Assembly (NCBI GenBank): GCA_037045185.1 | Contig: JBAOHQ010000007.1 | Location: 168,212-232,211 of the forward strand | Source: Ilumatobacteraceae bacterium | GTDB lineage: Bacteria; Actinomycetota; Acidimicrobiia; Acidimicrobiales; Ilumatobacteraceae | Length of the DNA stretch: 64,000 nt | Reading direction: 5' to 3' | Shown here: in pieces, positions 55,443-62,306 of the stretch | Layout of the letters: each line of letters starts with the position of its first letter | How positions within the stretch are numbered: the stretch's first letter is position 1 | The notes under the pieces: generated by a model | Told to the model about the DNA's origin: nothing | Databases searched by the model: none | What the model saw: only the letters and a program-made list of their open reading frames with translations | Program-made: the position numbers and the translations under genes

Positions 55443-56588
55443 GTGCTCACCCCGACCGATGAGGCCAGAACGCTGCCCACGGCTGACGAAGAGGTGTGGC
55501 GATACAGCCGCATCGCCGAACTCGACCTGGCCCGGTTCACCCCGCTGGCCGCATCCACCCTGGTCACGGCCCCCTCGCCAACCGTCAGTGACGCAACGAG
55601 CGGTCCCGGAGTTCCGTCACTGACGATTCACCATGGAGGGTCCCGAATCGTCGGTGACGAAACCGGTGGCGCCGAGGTTCCGTCACTGACGGTTCACGAT
55701 GTGTTCGACGAGCTGAACGAGGCCCATGCCGATCCCGTCGTGATCGCCGTGCGCGCCGGGCGGACCGTCGCCGAGCCGATCACCGTCGCCCACCGGATCA
55801 CCGCCCCAGGCAGCTCGGCCTTCCCCCGCCTGGTGATCCACGCCGGGCCCGACAGCGACGTGACCGTCATCGAGACCTTCGAGTCCGCCGACGACATCGA
55901 GGCCCTCGTGGTTCCCCGGGTGCAGATCCGCGCCGCCCAGTCGGCGCGCGTCCAATACCTGGCGGTCAACCTGCTCGGCCGGCGAACCTGGCAGATCGGC
56001 CATCAGGAGGCCGTGGGGGAGCGGGACTCCACCATCCAACTGGCCACCGTCGCCCTGGGCGGCGACTACGCCCGGGTACGCACCGACGCCAGGTCGGTGG
56101 GCCAAGGCGCCACCACCAAGCAGGTCGCCGTGTACTACGCCGACGGCACGCAGATGCATGACTTCCGCACCCTGCAGGACCACGTGGCGCCGAAGACCAA
56201 CAGCGACCTGCTGTTCAAGGGCGCCGTCCAGGACACCGCCAAGAGCGTGTACACCGGGCTGATCCGCATCGGCCAGGACGCCAAGGGCACGGTGGCGTTC
56301 CAGACCAATCGCAACCTGACGCTCAGCGAGGGTGCCTGGGCCGAGAGCGTCCCGAACCTGGACATCGCCACCAACGACGTGAAGTGCAGCCACGCCTCCT
56401 CGGTCGGTCCGATCGACGACGAGCAGCGCTACTACCTGGAGAGCCGCGGGATCCCGCCCGAAGTGGCCGAGCGTCTCGTGGTGCTCGGCTTCTTCGACGA
56501 GGTGCTCGCCCAACTGCCTGTCAGCGCCGAGTTCCGCGCCGCGCTGCACCGGCGCGTGGCCGACAAGCTGGATCGGAGGCAGCCGTGA
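55443..56588 (+). CDS. sufD: Fe-S cluster assembly protein SufD
   Basis: GTG start. EEVWRYSRI, SDLLFKGAV...KSVYTGLIRI and CSHASSVGPIDDEQRYYLESRGI blocks. Confidence 0.85.
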   Translation: MLTPTDEARTLPTADEEVWRYSRIAELDLARFTPLAASTLVTAPSPTVSDATSGPGVPSLTIHHGGSRIVGDETGGAEVPSLTVHDVFDELNEAHADPVVIAVRAGRTVAEPITVAHRITAPGSSAFPRLVIHAGPDSDVTVIETFESADDIEALVVPRVQIRAAQSARVQYLAVNLLGRRTWQIGHQEAVGERDSTIQLATVALGGDYARVRTDARSVGQGATTKQVAVYYADGTQMHDFRTLQDHVAPKTNSDLLFKGAVQDTAKSVYTGLIRIGQDAKGTVAFQTNRNLTLSEGAWAESVPNLDIATNDVKCSHASSVGPIDDEQRYYLESRGIPPEVAERLVVLGFFDEVLAQLPVSAEFRAALHRRVADKLDRRQP

Positions 56589-57398
56589 GCACCCTGGCCA
56601 TCCGCCACCTCACCGCATCGGTGGCCGATCGGCAGATCCTCAACGGCATCGACCTCACGGTCAACTCCGGCGAGGTCCACGCCGTGATGGGCCCGAACGG
56701 CGCCGGCAAGAGCACGCTCTCTGCGGTGCTGATGGGCAAATCCGGGTACACGGTGCTGGGTGGTGAGGTGACCCTCGACGGGGCCGACCTGCTGGCCTTG
56801 CCCACCTGGCAACGCGCCCAGGCCGGCCTGCACCTCGTGATGCAGTACCCCACCGAGGTTCCCGGCGTCAGCATCGAGGCCGCCTTGCGCGAAGCCGGCG
56901 CTGGCCCGTGGCATCACCACCTCGACCCGCCTTCGTCGTCGCCTGGAGGACGAGGCGGAGCGGATCGGCTATGGCGTCGACCTGTTGGACCGCTCGTTGA
57001 ACGTCGACCTGTCCGGCGGTGAGAAGAAGCGCAACGAGACCCTGCAGCTTGCGGTGATGCAGCCGAAGTTCGCCATCCTCGACGAACTGGACTCCGGCCT
57101 GGACATCGATGCCCTGCGTGACTGCAGCCGCCGGGTGGAGGACCTGACCAACGAGACCGGGCTCGGCGTGGTCGCCATCACCCACTACAACCGCCTGCTG
57201 GAAGAGCTCCGACCGGACTACGTCCACATCCTCATCAAGGGGCGCATCGTGGCCAGTGGCGGTCCCGAGCTGGCCGACCAACTGGAACGCGACGGCTATG
57301 GCGCCTTCACCGACGACGCCGACATCGAACCGGCCGTGGCGCCGAAGGCGGTGCAGCGGCCGTCGAGCCTGGACGAGTTCTTCGGCGGGATGGTCTGA
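56585..57398 (+). CDS. sufC: SufC-type ABC ATPase (paralog 1); frame broken near 56900 as sequenced
   Basis: GTGA overlap with sufD. Walker A GPNGAGKST. After VPGVSIEAALREAG the protein continues in another frame as LARGITTSTRLRRRLEDEAERIGYGVDLLDRSLNVDLSGGEKKRNE...ILDELDSGLDIDAL. Confidence 0.75.
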
Positions 57399-57401
57399 CG
57401 T

Positions 57402-58289
57402 TCAGCGCACGCCAGCGGGCGTCGAGCTGTACGACAGCAGGCGCTCGATGCGCTCCTCGGTGGAGGGGTGCGTGCTGAACATCCTGGCCATGCCGGCGCC
57501 GCTGCCGCGACGCAGTTCGTTCAGCGGGTTGTGGATGTACGCCTGAGCCTGGGCCGGGGCGACGGCCATCGGTCGCTGCGCAGCAAGTCCCTCGATCCGC
57601 TGCAGGGCGTTGGCCAGCGGACGGCCGGTGCCGAGCAGCTCGGCTGCGCCTCGGTCGGCCTCGAACTCACGGGACCGGGAGATCGCCATCTGCATCAACC
57701 CGGCGGCGATCGGCGCCACCATCGCCGCCAGCATCACCACCAGCGGGTTCGGTCGATCCTCGTCCTCCCGACCGCCGCCGAACATCCCGGCGAACATCGC
57801 CATGTTGGCGATGGCCGAGATCGCAGTGGCCACAGCCGCGGCGACCGAGCCGATCAGGATGTCGCGGTGCTTGACGTGCATCAGTTCGTGGGCCATCACC
57901 GCTTCCACCTCGTCGGCCGGCATCGAGCGCAACAGACCCTGGGTGGCGCACACCACGGCGTTGTTCGGGTTGCGCCCGGTGGCGAAGGCGTTGGGCTGGT
58001 CGGCCGGTGAGATCGCCACGGTGGGCATCGGCAGATCGGCGCGCTGGGCGAGCCGGCGGATCATGGCGTAGAACTCGGGCGCCTGGGCTTCGGTGACGAC
58101 CTGGGCCCCTGCCGAGCGCAGTGCCAGCTTGTCGCTGAACCAGTAGGAGGCGCCGACGGTGACCAGCGCCAGGACGAGGCCGATCATCAGGTAGGTCGGG
58201 TTGCCGCCGCCGATCAAGGCGGACAGGCCGACGATCAGCCCGCCGAGCCCGGCGAGCAGGACAGCGGTCTTGAAGGTGTTCTTGAACAT
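57402..58289 (-). CDS. htpX: Zinc metalloprotease HtpX
   Basis: Start at MFKNTFK. Transmembrane segments. HELMHVKHRD (HExxH). Confidence 0.9.
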   Translation of the reverse strand: MFKNTFKTAVLLAGLGGLIVGLSALIGGGNPTYLMIGLVLALVTVGASYWFSDKLALRSAGAQVVTEAQAPEFYAMIRRLAQRADLPMPTVAISPADQPNAFATGRNPNNAVVCATQGLLRSMPADEVEAVMAHELMHVKHRDILIGSVAAAVATAISAIANMAMFAGMFGGGREDEDRPNPLVVMLAAMVAPIAAGLMQMAISRSREFEADRGAAELLGTGRPLANALQRIEGLAAQRPMAVAPAQAQAYIHNPLNELRRGSGAGMARMFSTHPSTEERIERLLSYSSTPAGVR

Positions 58290-58356
58290 CGTGCGACCTG
58301 CAACCCCGGTCACCGCGGCGTTGTTCCCCCTGTGCCACCCGCCACGGTTCGCGTCC

Positions 58357-59260
58357 TCAGGACGGCAGCACGCCCCCTGCGCCGACCCACGCGCCGATGG
58401 CCCGCTCGGCCTCGGCCGGGTTGTACACGTCCTCCTCGTAGCTCCACCGCCCGCCGCCGGCGTAGTGCAGGATGACGTTGACGTCGAAGCCGTAGTAGCC
58501 GTCGACCCCGTCCGGCGCCGGCAACACGTTGGGGATCACCGCGCAGACCCGGTTGCCGTCGATCATCACCGACTTGCAGCGGGAACTCCATCGTCGGGAA
58601 CGGCTTCATCACGCCGGTGATCCACGCTCGGATCTCGTCCTGGCCGGTGAACGTCCCGAAGTGGTGCTCGCGGTACCGGGCGTCGGTGGTGAACTGGTCG
58701 GCCCACTCGTTCCAGTCCCCGGTGGCGACGGCGCGGTTGGCGCGTTCACGGTAGGCGTGGAACTCGGACTCGACCTCGTCACGGGAGTGAGCTGGGGTGG
58801 GAGGGTCCGGCGCCCAGCCGTCGATCCCGCCGAGGCCGTGCTGGACCGGCAGGTGGCGGCGTCCTCCGTCGGTGATCCACTCACCCATCACACGCTCGGC
58901 GTCGGCCGGGTTGTAGAAGTCGGCCTGGGCGCTGAACAGCCCGTCGCCGCCGTAGGTGAGGATGGACGTGTTGACGAAGCCGTAGCGCTTCCCGGTGCCC
59001 GGGTCGGGCAGGTTGTTCCACACGTACATCGCCACCCGGTCGCCGTCGATCAGCGTCCACTCGGTGTCGAAGGACATGGTCGGGAACTGGCCCATCGTCG
59101 AGCGGATCCACTGGCGGATCTCGTCGCGCCCGTGGAACACGCCGAGGTGGTGTTCCTCGTAGACGGCGTCCTCGGTGAACATCTCCACCCAGCTGTCCCA
59201 GTCCAGACCGTACGCGCCGCGACGGAGGTACTCGGCCAGTGCGGCGTCGATCTCGCTCAT
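58357..59260 (-). CDS. Tandem SnoaL-like (NTF2-fold) two-domain protein; frame broken near 58579 as sequenced
   Basis: Domain 1 ...GQFPTMSFDTEWTLIDGDRV...YNPADAERVMGEWI. Domain 2 ...MKPFPTMEFP, then a shift to CKSVMIDGNRV...YNPAEAERAIGAWV (tracked ORF 58357..58569). Confidence 0.7.
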
Positions 59261-59295
59261 GATGGCGGACCCTACCCCGCTACCGTTGGCCGGCG

Positions 59296-59775
59296 ATGAG
59301 TGAGCTGCACCGGAATGTCCAACGCGTCGTCGAGGCCGGCCGGGCCATCGGTGTGGAGGTGGCCCCGGTCCATTTCCCCGAGGGCGCCAAGACCGCGGCG
59401 GATGCGGCGGCGGCCATCGGGGTCCAGGTCGGCCAGATCGTCAAGAGCTTGATCTTCGGCGTCGACGGCGACATCGTGCTGGCCTACGTCAGCGGCGCCA
59501 ACCAGCTCAGCGAGCCCAAGCTGGCCGCCGCGGCCGGCGGGCGCCGCTGCGAGCGAGTCGACGCCGATACGGTCCGGGCCGCCACCGGCTACCCGATCGG
59601 CGGCGTGCCACCGTTCGGGCACTCGACCCATCTGCGGGTGTTCATCGATCCCGACCTGCTGCAGTACGACGAGGTGTGGGCCGCCGCGGGCACGTGGCAC
59701 GACGTGTTCGGTATCGAGCCGCACCGTCTCGTCGAGGCCAGCGGCGGCCTGGTCACCGACCTCAAGCGGGCCTGA
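59296..59775 (+). CDS. YbaK/EbsC-family aminoacyl-tRNA deacylase domain protein
   Basis: QIVKSLIF and YPIGGVPPFGH motifs. Confidence 0.8.
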   Translation: MSELHRNVQRVVEAGRAIGVEVAPVHFPEGAKTAADAAAAIGVQVGQIVKSLIFGVDGDIVLAYVSGANQLSEPKLAAAAGGRRCERVDADTVRAATGYPIGGVPPFGHSTHLRVFIDPDLLQYDEVWAAAGTWHDVFGIEPHRLVEASGGLVTDLKRA

Positions 59776-59788
59776 CCCACAGAACGGC

Positions 59789-60238
59789 TCAGGTTTGGCG
59801 GAGGGCGTCGAGGAGGGTGTTCCACGACAGCGTTGCGCACTTGATGCGCACCGGGAACTTGGCGACGCCTTCCAGCGCGGCGAGGTCGCCGAGGCTGATG
59901 TCGGCGTCGGTGGGCTGCGCCGGGTTCTGCGGGTCGTCGTCCACCGACATCATCCCCTTGAACCGGCGGGTGATGGCCTTCACCTGATCCACCGGCTTGC
60001 CCTTCACGGCCTGGGTCATCATCGACGCCGAGCTCTGCGAGATGCTGCACCCCTGGCCGCCGACCTTGACGTCGGTGACGATCCCGTCGTCCACCTGCAG
60101 GTACACCTCGATCTCGTCGCCGCACAGCGGGTTGTGGCCCACCGCATGGGCGGCCGGCGGGGGCAGCTCGCCGCGGTTGCGCGGGGAGCGGTAGTGGTCG
60201 AGGATGATCTCGCGGTACAGGTCGTCGAGGCCGGGCAT
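59789..60238 (-). CDS. sufU: SUF system Fe-S scaffold/sulfur acceptor SufU (NifU-like N-terminal domain)
   Basis: LYREIILDHYRSPRNRG, NPLCGDE, GQGCSISQSSASMM and CATLSW. SD AGGAG upstream of the ATG at 60238. Confidence 0.9.
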   Translation of the reverse strand: MPGLDDLYREIILDHYRSPRNRGELPPPAAHAVGHNPLCGDEIEVYLQVDDGIVTDVKVGGQGCSISQSSASMMTQAVKGKPVDQVKAITRRFKGMMSVDDDPQNPAQPTDADISLGDLAALEGVAKFPVRIKCATLSWNTLLDALRQT

Positions 60239-60248
60239 TCGTGCTCCT

Positions 60249-61481
60249 TCAGCAGGCAAAGATATCGCTGACGCTGGCCAGGGCATCGGCCAGCGCGTCG
60301 ACGTCGGACTCGTCGTTGTACAGGTAGCAGCTGGCCCGGGCCGTGGCGGCCACGCCCATCAGGCGCATCAGCGGCTTGGCGCAGTGGTGCCCGGCGCGGA
60401 CGCACACGTTGTGCTGGTCGAGGACCTGCGACAGGTCGTGGGGGTGCACGTCACGGAAGGCGAAGCTGAACGTGGCGCCGCGCACCTCCACGTTCGTGGG
60501 CCCGTGGATGGTGATGTCGTCGCCGAAGCGCTCGGTCAGCGTGTCCAGCGTGTAGCGGGTCATCGCCGCCTCATGGGCGCGGACGTTGTCCATGCCGATG
60601 CCCTCGAGGAACTCGATCGCCGCGGTCAGCCCGGCGGCTTCGATGATCGGCGGCGTCCCTGCTTCGAACTTGGCCGGCGGTGGCGCGCAGGTGAACCCGT
60701 CGAGGCGGACGTCGGCGATCATGTTCCCGCCGCCCAGGAACGGCGGCATGGCCTCCAGCAGTTCCTGGCGGCCCCACAGCACGCCGATCCCGGACGGCCC
60801 ACACATCTTGTGGCTGCTGAACGCGGCGAAGTCGGCGTCCCAGGCGCGCACGTCGGTCACGTTGTGCGGCACGTACTGGCAGGCGTCGACCACGGCGATC
60901 GCACCGGCCTGGTGGGCGCGCCGGCACAGCTCGGCCACCGGGGTGATGGCGCCCAGCACGTTGCTCATCGCCGTGAAGCCGAACATCGCCACCCCGTCGA
61001 GCAGGGCGTCGAGGTTGGTGAGGTCAAGCTGGCCGTCGCTGGTCAGCGGCACCCAGCGGATCGTGATGCCCCGCTCGGCGGCCAGCATGTGCCACGGCAC
61101 GACGTTGGCATGGTGCTCCATGTGGGTCAGCAGGATCACGTCGCCGTCGTGCAGGTTGGCGCGCCCCCAGCTGTGGGCGACGAGGTTCAGCGCCTCGGTG
61201 GCGTTCTTGGTGAACACCACCTCGCTGGCCAGCGGGGCGTTGATGAACCGGCGGGTCGCCTCGCGGGCGCCCTCGTAGGCATCGGTGGCCTCGACGGCGA
61301 GTTCGTAGGCGCTGCGGTTGATCGGGGCGTAGGAGGTGGAGGCGAAGCGGGTCATCGCCTCGAGGACCGACCGCGGCTTCTGCGACGTGTTCGCCGAGTC
61401 GAGGTAGACGATGGGGCGGTCGTTGATCGTGCGCTGGAGGATGGGGAACTGGGCCCGGATCGCGGCGACGTCGAGGGTCAC
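60249..61481 (-). CDS. sufS: Cysteine desulfurase SufS
   Basis: GTG start with GTGA overlap onto the sufC stop. IVYLDSANTSQKP, SSHKMCGPSGIG (PLP Lys) and RAGHHCAKPL (active-site Cys). Confidence 0.9.
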   Translation of the reverse strand: MTLDVAAIRAQFPILQRTINDRPIVYLDSANTSQKPRSVLEAMTRFASTSYAPINRSAYELAVEATDAYEGAREATRRFINAPLASEVVFTKNATEALNLVAHSWGRANLHDGDVILLTHMEHHANVVPWHMLAAERGITIRWVPLTSDGQLDLTNLDALLDGVAMFGFTAMSNVLGAITPVAELCRRAHQAGAIAVVDACQYVPHNVTDVRAWDADFAAFSSHKMCGPSGIGVLWGRQELLEAMPPFLGGGNMIADVRLDGFTCAPPPAKFEAGTPPIIEAAGLTAAIEFLEGIGMDNVRAHEAAMTRYTLDTLTERFGDDITIHGPTNVEVRGATFSFAFRDVHPHDLSQVLDQHNVCVRAGHHCAKPLMRLMGVAATARASCYLYNDESDVDALADALASVSDIFAC

Positions 61482-62266
61482 CGGAACGCCTCGTACCCGG
61501 CGCGCTCCAGCTGGGTGGCCAGTTCCATGCCGCCGCTGGCCACGATCCGGCCGTCCACCAGGATGTGCACCCTGTCCGGCTGAACCTCGTCGAGCAGCCG
61601 CTGGTAGTGGGTGATCAGCACCACGCCCATCTGCGGGCGGTCGGCGCGGATCTCGCGGATGCCCTGGGCGACCACCCGCAGGGCGTCGATGTCCAGCCCG
61701 GAGTCGGTCTCGTCGAGGATCGCCACGTCGGGCTCGAGGATGGCCATCTGCATGATCTCGTTGCGCTTCTTCTCCCCGCCGCTGAATCCTTCGTTGAGGT
61801 AGCGATCGACGAAGGAGGAGTCCATGCCCAGGCGCTTCATCCACTCCATCGTCGCCAGTCGAAGCTCGAGCACGCTGAGGTCGATCCCCTTGCGGGCGCT
61901 GAGCGCCTGGCGCAGGAACTGGATCACCGAGACCCCGGGGATCTCCTGGGGGTACTGGAAGGCCAGGAACATGCCGGCCTTGGCGCGCAGGTCCGTCGGC
62001 CACCCGGTGATGTCGTCGCCGTGCAGGAAGATCTGCCCGCTGGTCACCTCGTACTCCGGCGAGGCCAGCAGCGTGGAGGCCAGCGTGCTCTTGCCCGAAC
62101 CGTTCGGTCCCATGATGGCGTGGACCTCGCCAGCGTTCACCGTGAGCGACAGCCCACGGAGGATCTCGGCGCTGCGCTCACTGTCGTCGGCCGCCGGCTT
62201 GGCGTGCAGGTCGTCGATGCGGAACAGCGGCTCACTCACGCCGGCCAGTCTATTTCCGTCGATCAA
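61478..62266 (-). CDS. sufC: Fe-S cluster assembly ATPase SufC (paralog 2, intact)
   Basis: GPNGSGKST, FSGGEKKRNEI and ILDETDSGLDIDAL. Start is either TTG at 62266 or GTG at 62239. Confidence 0.9.
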   Translation of the reverse strand: MIDGNRLAGVSEPLFRIDDLHAKPAADDSERSAEILRGLSLTVNAGEVHAIMGPNGSGKSTLASTLLASPEYEVTSGQIFLHGDDITGWPTDLRAKAGMFLAFQYPQEIPGVSVIQFLRQALSARKGIDLSVLELRLATMEWMKRLGMDSSFVDRYLNEGFSGGEKKRNEIMQMAILEPDVAILDETDSGLDIDALRVVAQGIREIRADRPQMGVVLITHYQRLLDEVQPDRVHILVDGRIVASGGMELATQLERAGYEAFR

Positions 62267-62285
62267 TTTCTCCTATCGGCGTAGT
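62266..62285 (-). promoter_or_regulatory. suf-associated 20-nt motif, copy upstream of the minus-strand sufC-sufS-sufU operon
   Basis: Reverse complement ACTACGCCGATAGGAGAAAT, in the same orientation relative to sufC as the sufB copy is to sufB. Confidence 0.45.
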
Positions 62286-62306
62286 GCAAACCCGGCCGGG
62301 ACCCGG

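Noticed and set aside
53036-55567. 843-aa minus-strand ORF across the kinase, pdxA and small Cys-protein genes
   Set aside because: It is antisense to three plus-strand genes with clear family signatures. The translation is low complexity.
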